From an uncultured Ignavibacteriales bacterium (GTDB lineage: Bacteria; Zixibacteria; MSB-5A5; GN15; FEB-12), in assembly GCA_964544635.1 (NCBI GenBank), contig CAZJCK010000008.1:1-61565 (forward strand): 61,565 nucleotides of DNA. The letters run 5' to 3'. Position numbers and translations under genes: made by a program. Positions 8,699-17,968 of this stretch are shown piece after piece; within the stretch, counting starts at the first letter, position 1; each line of letters opens with the position of its first letter. Under the pieces are notes generated by a model, which made no database searches, had not been told where the DNA came from, and saw only the letters and a list, made by a program, of their open reading frames with translations.

Positions 8699-10213
8699 AT
8701 GCGTCCGCACCGAATTATCGCCGTCCTGTTTGTCGCTGTGTGCATCCTGATCGGGTCGACCGCACAGGCATCCGACTTTGAACAACTGTTTAAGGCGGTT
8801 GACAAACTCGAGGCCAATCTCAAGAAGCTGATCGAGTCCGAGACCGCCGAGCGCAAGAACGCGATCGCCCGTCTCGAATCGAAAATCGCCGACGTTCCGA
8901 CCAACGGCGCGTCGGCCGAGCCGGATCCGCGCATTGCCAGGCTGGCCGAACACCTGAAGAGTCTCGCCGAGCAGGTGGCCCAGCTGAGCGCCGCTCAGGA
9001 GCCGTCGGATCGGCCGGCCGGCACCGGTGTCAGCGAAGAGACCATTCTCGAGCTGGTTAACGACATCGCCTTCCTGAAAGCCGAGAACCAGTATCTTCGT
9101 GGCCTGGTTGAGCAAAACAACACCGAGCTGGCCTCACTCAACGGCGGCTTCGTGCCGCCGCAGAACGCGGACGACGAACGCATGGTCGCCCTTACGCAAA
9201 GGATCACCGATCTTAAAGACCGCATCGCAGAATACACGGCCGATCGGCATCATACCGAGCCGGTGGCCCACGACGGCGCCACGACGGTTGGCAATTTTTC
9301 GCTGACCGGCTTTGTCGATGCCGCCAACTATACCGATTTCAGCGCCGGCGAGTCGGAGTTTTCGGTCGAACAGGTGGAGGTTGATGTCATCAATCGCTTC
9401 AGCGACCGTGCCTCGCTGCAAGCCGACATCGAGTTTGTCGACGACCACCATGGCGGCTTTGAGTTTCAACTGGAGCAGGGCTTTCTCTGGTACCGGACGT
9501 CGGGCGCTACCTCCTTTACCTTCGGCAAGTTCAACGCCCCGATCGGCTACGAGGGTGTCGATCCGGTTGACATGTACCAGTACTCCGCCGGCCTGCCCGG
9601 CAGCCTCGGCCTGCCGGGCAATCTGACCGGCCTGATGTTCACCGCCGAATTCGGCATTGCCGAGTGGTCGACATACGTAGTCAACGGCTGGGATGTCAAT
9701 GCGGACAACAACAAGGAGAAGACCTTCGGCACGCGCCTCGGTATCACGCCCGCGCCGATCTTCACCTTTGGCCTGTCGGCGATCAGCGGCGCCGAACTTG
9801 ACGACAACAACTCGAGCCGGCGCAGCGTGGCTGATATCGACTGGCTGGTCACACCGTCGCAGCGCCTTATCATCGGCGGCGAGTTCCTCTACGGTGTGGA
9901 AACCAAGGCGCTGCCGAACGACGAGAAGGCATCGTTTTACGGCGGCCTGCTGATGAGCCATGTTGCATTGGGCGAGCGCGTTGGTTTAACCGGACGAGTG
10001 AGCTACTTCGACGACCAGGATGGCGTGCGCACCGGTCACTCCCAGGCCCTGACCGAGTTCACCCTGTCGCCGTCGGTTGAGATCGTACACGGTTTCGAGG
10101 GTTTGTTCGAGTTGCGGTATGATATCAGTGATGAAGAGACATTTGAGAACAGCGACGGCGGGCATACCGACTCACGCCTGTCCACTGCCATCGAGTTTGT
10201 ATATGGCTTCTGA
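8699..10213 (+). CDS. Outer-membrane beta-barrel (porin-like) with N-terminal coiled-coil region
   Basis: Signal peptide; heptad-rich N-terminal ~170 aa; barrel motifs FTFGKFNAPIGYE, VVNGWD, DNNKEKTFG; C-terminal EFVYGF Bam-type signal. Confidence 0.8.
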   Translation: MRPHRIIAVLFVAVCILIGSTAQASDFEQLFKAVDKLEANLKKLIESETAERKNAIARLESKIADVPTNGASAEPDPRIARLAEHLKSLAEQVAQLSAAQEPSDRPAGTGVSEETILELVNDIAFLKAENQYLRGLVEQNNTELASLNGGFVPPQNADDERMVALTQRITDLKDRIAEYTADRHHTEPVAHDGATTVGNFSLTGFVDAANYTDFSAGESEFSVEQVEVDVINRFSDRASLQADIEFVDDHHGGFEFQLEQGFLWYRTSGATSFTFGKFNAPIGYEGVDPVDMYQYSAGLPGSLGLPGNLTGLMFTAEFGIAEWSTYVVNGWDVNADNNKEKTFGTRLGITPAPIFTFGLSAISGAELDDNNSSRRSVADIDWLVTPSQRLIIGGEFLYGVETKALPNDEKASFYGGLLMSHVALGERVGLTGRVSYFDDQDGVRTGHSQALTEFTLSPSVEIVHGFEGLFELRYDISDEETFENSDGGHTDSRLSTAIEFVYGF

Positions 10214-10236
10214 GTGAGTGATGCAGAAGTCTGCCA

Positions 10237-10267
10237 GCGGGTCGACACACGTCGGCCCGTTTTTTTT
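10237..10267 (+). terminator. Rho-independent terminator after porin
   Basis: GCGGGTCGAC-ACAC-GTCGGCCCGT stem plus T-run. Confidence 0.8.
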
Positions 10268-11408
10268 ATCCGGAGGACTTCAGGCCACCGAAAATTTCTT
10301 CAAGGCGCCTGCAGTACGTATGGTGCGAGTATTTCTCGACCGCATCGGTGCGAGCCTTTTGAGCGACGCGGCCACGCAACGATTCATCGTCGAGCAGTCG
10401 CTTCAGGGCATCAGCCAGCGCTCGAGCATTCCGTGGTGGGACCAGGAGGCCATTCTGTTCGTGTTGCAGGATACCCGGAGTGCCGCCGGAGTTGGTGCCG
10501 ACCACGGGCAGGCCGGCCGCCATCGCCTCAATCGTCACCATGCCATAGGTTTCACCATGGGATGCCATGGCGAATAGATCCGAGGCTGCATAGGCCAGCT
10601 CGATTTCGTTGAGGTGCGGATGGAAGGTGACATAGTCGGCGATACTCAGCTCAGCGGTAAGCCGCTTCAGGTACTGATAAAACTCCTCCCATTCACCGTG
10701 CGAACGGTCACCGACGATCAGCAGGCGTACCGGGTGATTCTCTTCGTGCAACCGCGCTGCGGCGCGCACCAGCTCTTCCTGGCCCTTCTTCGGGTCGAGC
10801 CGGCCAACCAGTCCGACAACCGGCAGGTCGTCGGGCAAGAGAAAGCGCTTGCGGGCGGCAGTGCGGTCGGGCAGGCCGCGGGTAAAGCGTTCGGTTTCAA
10901 TTCCGAACGGCGCGATATGGATGCGTTCCGGATCAACTATCGTGTACTCGCGCACCTGGGCGCCGAGCAGTTCCAGCGGCGTGATCCAGGCATCGAGCTT
11001 GCGATACAGCCAGGAATGAATGCTGTCGCGTTTCGGCCCGCCCATTTGCATGTGCTGCATATACGAGATGCTGAACGGGCTGTCGCTCCAGCGGCGGCAG
11101 AGCACCCCGAACTGGATGGCGCGGCTGGTGTGAATGACGAAGTGGTCGAGCTGGTCGGCGTTGCACTGGCGGGCCAGGCGACGGGCACGCCAGAGATCTG
11201 ACAGTTTGGAACCAAGGTCGAAGCTGCGCACCGGCAGGCCGGCTTCATCCGCCTGGCGGATCAGGCGGCTGTTGGTGTTGCCGTACAGGACGATGCGCCA
11301 GTTGCGGCGCGTCAGCCAGTCGGCGATACGCACGACATTCATCTCCAGGCCGCCCCACGAACGGGAGGGACAGAGAAAACCGATAGTACCGTTAGATATT
11401 GCCGGCAT
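10266..11408 (-). CDS. GT4 family glycosyltransferase
   Basis: SWGGLE, VGRLDPKKG, ETYGMVTIEAMAAGLPVVGT (E-x7-E), NGLLVPP. Confidence 0.93.
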   Translation of the reverse strand: MPAISNGTIGFLCPSRSWGGLEMNVVRIADWLTRRNWRIVLYGNTNSRLIRQADEAGLPVRSFDLGSKLSDLWRARRLARQCNADQLDHFVIHTSRAIQFGVLCRRWSDSPFSISYMQHMQMGGPKRDSIHSWLYRKLDAWITPLELLGAQVREYTIVDPERIHIAPFGIETERFTRGLPDRTAARKRFLLPDDLPVVGLVGRLDPKKGQEELVRAAARLHEENHPVRLLIVGDRSHGEWEEFYQYLKRLTAELSIADYVTFHPHLNEIELAYAASDLFAMASHGETYGMVTIEAMAAGLPVVGTNSGGTPGILQHEQNGLLVPPRNARALADALKRLLDDESLRGRVAQKARTDAVEKYSHHTYCRRLEEIFGGLKSSG

Positions 11409-11489
11409 GAACTAAAGATAGATCAAAGCGCTGGTCAGCGCAGGTGAAACCGAAGATGGATTGACTGAATCTGAAACCGCCCGGATGAC

Positions 11490-11765
11490 TCAGGAGGCCG
11501 CTTGTTCCGATTCCGATGCCGGCTGAGCCGATTGCTCCTCGGGTTTCCCCTTGACCCAGATTGCCAGCGGTACCAGAATACAATAGCCGAGGACCAGCAG
11601 GATCGGCGCCAGGGTGATCGATCCCTGCCCGAGGCTGATATAGCCCACGATGATCACGACCAGCGCGATCGCGAAGATGACATAGTTCTTCGGACCGAAC
11701 GGCCACTTGATATCATCAGTTCGCTTGGGTTTCGGGGCGGCTGTCTGTTTCGCTTTTCGTGCCAT
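11490..11765 (-). CDS. Small 2-TM membrane protein (DUF3098-like)
   Basis: PFGPKNYVIFAIALVVIIVGY...SITLAPILLVLGY matches the DUF3098 pattern as I recall it. Confidence 0.75.
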   Translation of the reverse strand: MARKAKQTAAPKPKRTDDIKWPFGPKNYVIFAIALVVIIVGYISLGQGSITLAPILLVLGYCILVPLAIWVKGKPEEQSAQPASESEQAAS

Positions 11766-11801
11766 AACAGGCTCTCTATCTATCCTATTGAGAACGTCTT
11801 G

Positions 11802-13061
11802 TCAAGATCTTTCAGAATCGGGGGTGTTTTCGATCACCTGTTTATACCACGGCCACAAGCCGACCGCCCAGGCAAACATGAGCATCTGGCGTACTTCTTC
11901 GTCGACAAACGTAGCCTCAAACAGGCTGGTGAAGAAAAAGGCGGCCGAGGCTGCCAGCGCCGCCCCGCTGTACGCGCGTACTTCATCGTCACCGGAACGA
12001 TAGCCGCGCCAGAGCAGACGGGCCAAAATCACCCAGATGGCGAGAAAGGTAACCGCCCCTGGAATGCCGGCAGCCGCCATCAGGTGCAGGCTGTCGTTGT
12101 GGGCATGGGGAAGCTTGCGGTAGTCGGCGATGTCGGGCGGGAGGCGTTTGGCATAGTTGGGCGGAAAGAACCCCGGCCCGACCCCGAAAATCGGGTGTTC
12201 CAGCGCCATGTCAATCGAGTGTCTCCAGATATACGGCCGTCCGCCCTCGTAGTTGGGATTGAGGTCATTCTTGCCGGCCGTGACAATTCGATCAGCCATT
12301 TGGGGGGCGGCGACCAAGAGCGTGATCAATACTAATATCAGCAGGCCAATCAACCCGACCGCACGTTTCCAGCCGGCGGTCAGGGCGGCCAGCCCGAGCG
12401 CCACAAAGATAGATGCCAGCGATCCGCGGCTGTAGGTCCAGACGGTGGCGAGGGTGGCGAACGAGGTCGCGACCAGGCCCGAGACACGGAGCCAGAGTGG
12501 ATGATCCCAGAAGCGTAGGAGGGTCCAGGTGAGGATAAATACGGCCGCCGTGGCGAGGTAATTGCCGAAAGTGATCCGTGTCGAAAAGCCGCCGAAGATG
12601 CGATAGGTGTCGTCTCCGGCCGGAAGCGGCGGCACTTTCTTGAACCAGTAAACACCGGTAAAGTGCTGAATTATACCATAGAGTGCGATCATGCCGACGC
12701 CGATTACGAATATTACTATCAGCGGCCGTCGGTAGCGACGTTCGGCCAGCAGAAACACGCCGATGGGCACCGCCGCAAACAGCCACTCGCCGCGCATGTC
12801 ATTCAGACCAACCATGAAGTCGGGTGAAACGGCCGCAGCAATCAGTAGCCAGACAATATAGGCGAGAATTGCCCAGTAGAGAGGCCGCAATTTGCCGACG
12901 AAGGGATTTGCCCGCCACCAGACCTGGCCAATCAAGAAGATGCCGATCGACAGCCCGAGACCAATCTGGGCAAAGGCGATCGACAGAACCGAGGCGAAGA
13001 CGAAGAGGGCGTAGGCAGCAAACAGGACGTCTTTCAGCACCTGCTGACCGCGCGCCGTCAT
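11802..13061 (-). CDS. O-antigen ligase (WaaL/Wzy_C) family protein
   Basis: Multi-TM; TYSRGS, GR-x-YIW, HPIFGVGPG, HAHN motifs. Confidence 0.9.
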   Translation of the reverse strand: MTARGQQVLKDVLFAAYALFVFASVLSIAFAQIGLGLSIGIFLIGQVWWRANPFVGKLRPLYWAILAYIVWLLIAAAVSPDFMVGLNDMRGEWLFAAVPIGVFLLAERRYRRPLIVIFVIGVGMIALYGIIQHFTGVYWFKKVPPLPAGDDTYRIFGGFSTRITFGNYLATAAVFILTWTLLRFWDHPLWLRVSGLVATSFATLATVWTYSRGSLASIFVALGLAALTAGWKRAVGLIGLLILVLITLLVAAPQMADRIVTAGKNDLNPNYEGGRPYIWRHSIDMALEHPIFGVGPGFFPPNYAKRLPPDIADYRKLPHAHNDSLHLMAAAGIPGAVTFLAIWVILARLLWRGYRSGDDEVRAYSGAALAASAAFFFTSLFEATFVDEEVRQMLMFAWAVGLWPWYKQVIENTPDSERS

Positions 13062-13648
13062 CCGAACAGGTCGCTTTCTATCAGGTCGACGAGGGAATGA
13101 ATGATGAAGATCTGTTCTTCCTGAACCCGCTGGGTTGACGAGTGCGGGACAATGAGCGCACGGTCGACCATGCTACCCAGCTTACCGCCGGTTCCGCCCA
13201 GCAGCGCGGTGGTCAGTATCCCCATGCCGCGGGCAGTCTGCACCGCTTTGATCAGGTTGGGGGAGTTGCCGGAGGTGGAGATGACCATGAGCATGTCGCC
13301 TTTGTGCCCCAGTCCTTCAACCTGGCGGGCGAAGACGGCATCGAAACCGTAGTCGTTGGCGCAGGCCGTCATGACTGACGGGTCGACACACAGGGCAATT
13401 GCGGGGAGTGACTGACGGTTGCGTTCGGAGGTCAGCCGTACGATCATTTCGCCTGCGAAGTGCGAGGCGTCGGCGGCCGAGCCACCGTTGCCGGCCAACA
13501 GCAGTTTACCGCCAGAGCCGAGAACACCGGCGATGACGGCGGCCATGTCCAGAATCCGGTCGCCCATCTCTTCAACGACCGCCTTGCGGAGGATGGCCGA
13601 TTCGTCGGCGGCGCGCCTGAGTTCGATGAGTTTCTGGTCGCGGTTCAT
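13058..13648 (-). CDS. gmhA: D-sedoheptulose 7-phosphate isomerase
   Basis: GNGGSAADASHF, ANDYGF, FARQV, ISTSGNSPN, RVQE; start at ATG 13648 (ATGA overlap with the upstream stop). Confidence 0.93.
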   Translation of the reverse strand: MNRDQKLIELRRAADESAILRKAVVEEMGDRILDMAAVIAGVLGSGGKLLLAGNGGSAADASHFAGEMIVRLTSERNRQSLPAIALCVDPSVMTACANDYGFDAVFARQVEGLGHKGDMLMVISTSGNSPNLIKAVQTARGMGILTTALLGGTGGKLGSMVDRALIVPHSSTQRVQEEQIFIIHSLVDLIESDLFG

Positions 13649-14412
13649 ATCTCGAGGGTATTGCGCTGGTGGACAGCGTCGGTGAATTCTTTCAGCCGGT
13701 CGGCCGACATCTGCTTTTCCATCGAATTGCCGACGACCACGAATGCAGCGCCCGCTTCGATCCGTTCGGCGCACTCCTTCGGGCTGCGCAGTCCACCGCC
13801 GACGATGACCGGAATATCGATATAGTTGTTTACATCCCGGACCATTTCAACCGGCACCGGTTGTTCGGCGCCCGAACCGGCCTCGAGGTAGACGAACTTC
13901 ATACCAAAGTACTGAGCGGCCAGGCTGGTGGCGCGGGCGATGTCGGTCTTGGTGCGCGGAATGGGGAGGGTGCCGGAAATGTACTGCACCGATGTCAGCG
14001 GGCCCGACTCGATTAACAGGTAAGCCGTTGGGATCGGTTCGATACCGAAGCGCTTGACCAGCGGTGCGCCCTTGACCTGTTCGTCGATCAGGTAGTTCGG
14101 GTTGCGGCCGGACAGCAACGATGAAAACAGGATGGCGTCGGCATCGGGAGCGATCTGCGCGAACGAACCGGGGAAGATGATCACCGGCAATGATGTCCTG
14201 GCCTTGATTTCGCGAACCGCCCGCGCAAACGTTGAGTCGATGGCGAACGAGGTACCGACAAGTATTGCGTCAACCCCGCACTCTTCAGCTGCTTCCGCCT
14301 GTGACAGGTAATACTCTGAATTGGTGCTGTCGGGGTCGATCAGGAGCAGGAAGCCGCCGCCGCGCTGGGCGCCGACTGACAGCAAGTATTCGTAAACGCG
14401 CGACTCAGGCAT
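13645..14412 (-). CDS. Geranylgeranylglyceryl/heptaprenylglyceryl phosphate synthase (group II-like)
   Basis: LLIDPD, AILVG, IIFPG, SLLSGRNPNYLI, PTAYLLIESG, YLEAGSGA, VGGGLRS, VVVGN; start at ATG 14412 overlapping the alaS stop. Confidence 0.92.
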   Translation of the reverse strand: MPESRVYEYLLSVGAQRGGGFLLLIDPDSTNSEYYLSQAEAAEECGVDAILVGTSFAIDSTFARAVREIKARTSLPVIIFPGSFAQIAPDADAILFSSLLSGRNPNYLIDEQVKGAPLVKRFGIEPIPTAYLLIESGPLTSVQYISGTLPIPRTKTDIARATSLAAQYFGMKFVYLEAGSGAEQPVPVEMVRDVNNYIDIPVIVGGGLRSPKECAERIEAGAAFVVVGNSMEKQMSADRLKEFTDAVHQRNTLEI

Positions 14413-17047
14413 TCTCACGCTCCTCCAGCTCGTTGATAAGCGACAGGGCGACGTCAAAGAGCGCCTGGCTGTCGGTATCGTCGGCGACTGAACCCTGGGC
14501 GAACGACGGTTTGCCGCCGCCGCGACCGCCGAACTTCGGCAACAACTGCCTGGCGACATTACCGATGTGAATATTGAATTCTTTCACCGCCCGACTGGAG
14601 GCGCCGCCCATCCAGGTCCGCTTACCGTTCACCTGGCCGACACCAATCGCTACCACCGGTTGGTGCGACTCTTTATGGCTGTCCAGCCAGGCGCCCATGA
14701 CCTCACGGTCGGACTCGCCGAAGTCGTTGGTCCAGACTGTAAGGTCATTGATTGAGGTCTTAGTGCCCACCGTCCCGCCGGCGCCGGAGAACATCTCGCT
14801 CTTTACCTTCTTCAATTCTTTCTGAAGCTGCGAGTTGTTTTCTTTCAGTTGCGCCACGCCGGAGAGCGATTCCGACTCAGGACGTCCAACTATGGTCGCA
14901 ACCTCCTGGCGATACTTCTTCAGGTTGAGCATGTGTTCGACAGCGGTGCGCCCGGTGATGGCTTCAAGACGTCGTACGCCCGACGCGATGCCAGTCTCCA
15001 ACGTTATAAAGAACGGCCCGATCTGGGCGGTGTTGTGCACGTGCGTGCCACCGCACAGTTCTTTCGAGAAGTCTTCGACCGATACCACGCGAACCGTATC
15101 GCCATACTTTTCGCCAAAGAGGGCCATCGCGCCGGCCTTGCGAGCGGAGTCGACATTCATGATGTCGGTGCGCACAGCGTGCCCCTTCAGGATCTCGTGG
15201 TTGACGATCTGTTCGACGCGGGCGATCTCTTCGTCGGTGAGCGGCTGGTGGTGTGAAAAGTCGAAACGCATGCGGTCGGGACCGACGTATGACCCGGACT
15301 GCTTGATATGTTCACCCAGCACGTCGCGCAGGGCGCGGTGCGCCAAATGGGTGACCGTATGGTTGCGCATAATGTCCCAGCGACGGTCGCTGTTCACTTC
15401 GGCCGTTACCGTGTACGGTTTGACGTCATAGCCGTCAAAATCTTCCAGCTTGCCGCGCCTCAGCGGCCCGACGTGAATATAGTGGTTCTTGTGCTGGTGC
15501 ATCTCGCGGACATCGAGTTCGACGGTGTCATTGTAGATACGTCCGATATCGCTCACCTGCCCGCCCGCCTCGACATAAAACGGCGTGCGGTCGAGTACTA
15601 TGGCGATATGCTGGTCGTCGACGAAATAAACGCCCCTCACGGTTGCATCCGCGGTCAGTGACTCGCGCACAAAGTCCGTCGGCGGCAGACTGTCGGGAAT
15701 CTTGCTCAGTATCGGTGCGATGGCGCTGGCGCCGCCTCCGAAATCCGAGGCCGCTCGCGACTGCTCTTTTTGCTTCTTCATTGCCGCTTCGAAGCCATCG
15801 AGATCCACCGTCATACCCTGCTCCTCGGCCATGACCTCGGTCAGATCGACCGGGAAACCGTAGGTATCATACAGTTTGAAGGCGGCATCACCGGGCACAA
15901 CGCTGTTGCCCGACGCTTTCAGCTTGCCGGCGAAATCGTCGAACAGTTGCAGGCCGGTTTCAAGGGTGCGGCCGAACGATTCTTCCTCTGCACGTATCAC
16001 GTTCTCGACGTGCCCCTGCTTTTCGCGGATCTCGGGGTAGGCGCCGCCCATCTCTTCGACCAGCGTCGGGACGACCTTGTGAATAAACGGCTGGGTAGCA
16101 CCAAGGAGGCGGCCGTGACGGGCGGCGCGACGAAGGATGCGTCGCAGCACATACCCCTGGCCCTCGTTGGAAATACCGGCGCCGTCGGCAATCGCGAACG
16201 TCAGGGCGCGAACGTGGTCGGCGATGACGCGATGCGACGATTTGTTGTCGTGGTAATGCGAGCCGAGCAGGTCGGCGATGCGATTGATCAGCGCCTGGAA
16301 CAGGTCGATCTCATAATTGGATTCGGCGTCCTGCAGGATCGCCGCCCAGCGCTCGAGGCCGGCGCCGGTATCGACCGACGGTTTCGGCAGCGGCACCAGT
16401 TCGCCGGTGCGCAACTGATCGAACTGCATGAATACCAGGTTCCAGATCTCGACAAATCGATCGGTTTCGCCGTTGACGACATCGTTGGGACCGGTGCCGA
16501 ACTTTCTGCCGCGATCGTAGTGAATCTCGGAACACGGCCCGTTGGGGCCGACATCTCCCATCGACCAGTAGTTGTCTTTTCTGCCGAACCGAAGGATGCG
16601 GCCGTCTTTCAGTTCCGGCGCGATCTTCGCCCACAGCTCGTACGCTTCGTCATCCTCTTCATAGACGGTTGCATACAACCGGTCGGGCGACAGCTTGATC
16701 TCTTTGGTCACCAGGTCCCAGGCGAACTTGATCGCCGCCTCCTTGAAATAGTCGCCGAACGAGAAGTTGCCGAGCATTTCGAAGAAGGTATGGTGGCGGG
16801 CGGTGAAACCGACATTATCCAGATCGTTGTGCTTGCCGCCGGCGCGAATGCACTTCTGGCTCGAGGTGGCGCGATTGTACTCGACCGTGTCCTTGCCGGT
16901 GAACACATCCTTGAACTGGTTCATGCCGGCGTTGGTAAACAAGAGGGTCGGGTCGTCGTAGGGGATGACGGGTGACGACGCTACGTGGCGGTGACCACGG
17001 GCTTCGAAAAAACTGATAAAAGCTTGTCGTATATCGGCTGTCTTGAT
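14405..17047 (-). CDS. alaS: Alanine--tRNA ligase (apparent ATC start)
   Basis: DPTLLFTNAGMNQFK, HHTFFEMLGNFSFGDYFK, EIWNLVFMQ, NHTVTH, ELCGGTHV, GGRGGG. The conserved N-terminus (I)KTADIRQAFISFF extends 35 codons upstream of the ORF-track start. Confidence 0.96.
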   Translation of the reverse strand: MKTADIRQAFISFFEARGHRHVASSPVIPYDDPTLLFTNAGMNQFKDVFTGKDTVEYNRATSSQKCIRAGGKHNDLDNVGFTARHHTFFEMLGNFSFGDYFKEAAIKFAWDLVTKEIKLSPDRLYATVYEEDDEAYELWAKIAPELKDGRILRFGRKDNYWSMGDVGPNGPCSEIHYDRGRKFGTGPNDVVNGETDRFVEIWNLVFMQFDQLRTGELVPLPKPSVDTGAGLERWAAILQDAESNYEIDLFQALINRIADLLGSHYHDNKSSHRVIADHVRALTFAIADGAGISNEGQGYVLRRILRRAARHGRLLGATQPFIHKVVPTLVEEMGGAYPEIREKQGHVENVIRAEEESFGRTLETGLQLFDDFAGKLKASGNSVVPGDAAFKLYDTYGFPVDLTEVMAEEQGMTVDLDGFEAAMKKQKEQSRAASDFGGGASAIAPILSKIPDSLPPTDFVRESLTADATVRGVYFVDDQHIAIVLDRTPFYVEAGGQVSDIGRIYNDTVELDVREMHQHKNHYIHVGPLRRGKLEDFDGYDVKPYTVTAEVNSDRRWDIMRNHTVTHLAHRALRDVLGEHIKQSGSYVGPDRMRFDFSHHQPLTDEEIARVEQIVNHEILKGHAVRTDIMNVDSARKAGAMALFGEKYGDTVRVVSVEDFSKELCGGTHVHNTAQIGPFFITLETGIASGVRRLEAITGRTAVEHMLNLKKYRQEVATIVGRPESESLSGVAQLKENNSQLQKELKKVKSEMFSGAGGTVGTKTSINDLTVWTNDFGESDREVMGAWLDSHKESHQPVVAIGVGQVNGKRTWMGGASSRAVKEFNIHIGNVARQLLPKFGGRGGGKPSFAQGSVADDTDSQALFDVALSLINELEERENA

Positions 17048-17051
17048 GGCA

Positions 17052-17705
17052 CTACTCTCCGTGTTGTTCGGTTATCAGCCGCTTTACCGCCTGTTTGGCA
17101 GTATCGTAGCTGAACCCCCGACGGGCAAGGTAACTATACGCCTTGTGTCTGGCCGGTTCAAGCTGAAACTGGGAGAGATGCGGTAGCCGTTTCTCCAGGG
17201 CGGCGCAGGCGCGATCGACATCGTCGTCATCCGCCAGGAGGTTGTCGGCGGTGCGCTCGGCCAGGTCGCGGTCAATTCGTTTCTGTCGCAGGTGGGCGAC
17301 CAGGAAGGAACGTCCGCATGGCCGCCGCGCGATCAACTGCTGTCCCAGCTTCTCCGCCACCCGGACATCGTCGAGCAAGCCGGCCGACCGGTACCGTGTC
17401 AGCACATTTTGAATGGCGGCATCTGAGAACTGCTTGCGCCGCAGCTTCATGGTCAGCTCGCCGACACTGTGCTCGCGCAGGGCCAGAAGTCGGGCGGCCT
17501 CGCGGTCACACCTGAACTGGTCCGACTCCTGGCGCAGGATGTCAAGCTGGGAGCGGGTGATGACGATGCCATCGACGAGCCGGTGACGGTAGACCGTCTC
17601 CTCGGAAACGGGCAGCGGTTCGTCGAGTCCCTCAATATCGAGCAGGCGGAAGCCGGGTTTAGTCCGGACCTTTTTGATGCGCAGTTGTGTCGGTTGCTCG
17701 TTCAT
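17052..17705 (-). CDS. recX: Regulatory protein RecX
   Basis: RLLALREHSVGELTMKL, GLLDD, LRQKRI, YLARRGF; lies upstream of alaS as in the common recX-alaS arrangement. Confidence 0.88.
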   Translation of the reverse strand: MNEQPTQLRIKKVRTKPGFRLLDIEGLDEPLPVSEETVYRHRLVDGIVITRSQLDILRQESDQFRCDREAARLLALREHSVGELTMKLRRKQFSDAAIQNVLTRYRSAGLLDDVRVAEKLGQQLIARRPCGRSFLVAHLRQKRIDRDLAERTADNLLADDDDVDRACAALEKRLPHLSQFQLEPARHKAYSYLARRGFSYDTAKQAVKRLITEQHGE

Positions 17706-17784
17706 GGCACGGTCACAGTCAAAATCGTCTAATCAGCCGTTGGATAAAAAGTTAACGGCGGCATCGGGCAATGCAACTTATCTA

Positions 17785-17813
17785 TTGACACCCTCCGGGG
17801 GAATATCTATGAT
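17785..17813 (+). promoter_or_regulatory. sigma70 promoter for the DUF4388 operon
   Basis: TTGACA-N17-TATGAT, near consensus. Confidence 0.7.
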
Positions 17814-17968
17814 GCTATGTCCGATGCGACACTGGTAACATGCTAATGCATCAACGAGTTTGCGTCGAGCACTTTTTTAAATCGCGCTAACTTGCTGGAT
17901 ATCAATAGAAAGCAGGTGGGCCGCAGGAGTCGACCAACCCTACGGGGACCACTGAAAGGCGAACACGG

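Noticed and set aside
17817-17846. 9-codon uORF (MSDATLVTC) in the DUF4388 leader
   Set aside because: Starts only 4 nt after the -10 box, so probably upstream of the transcription start; no SD and no regulatory codon run.
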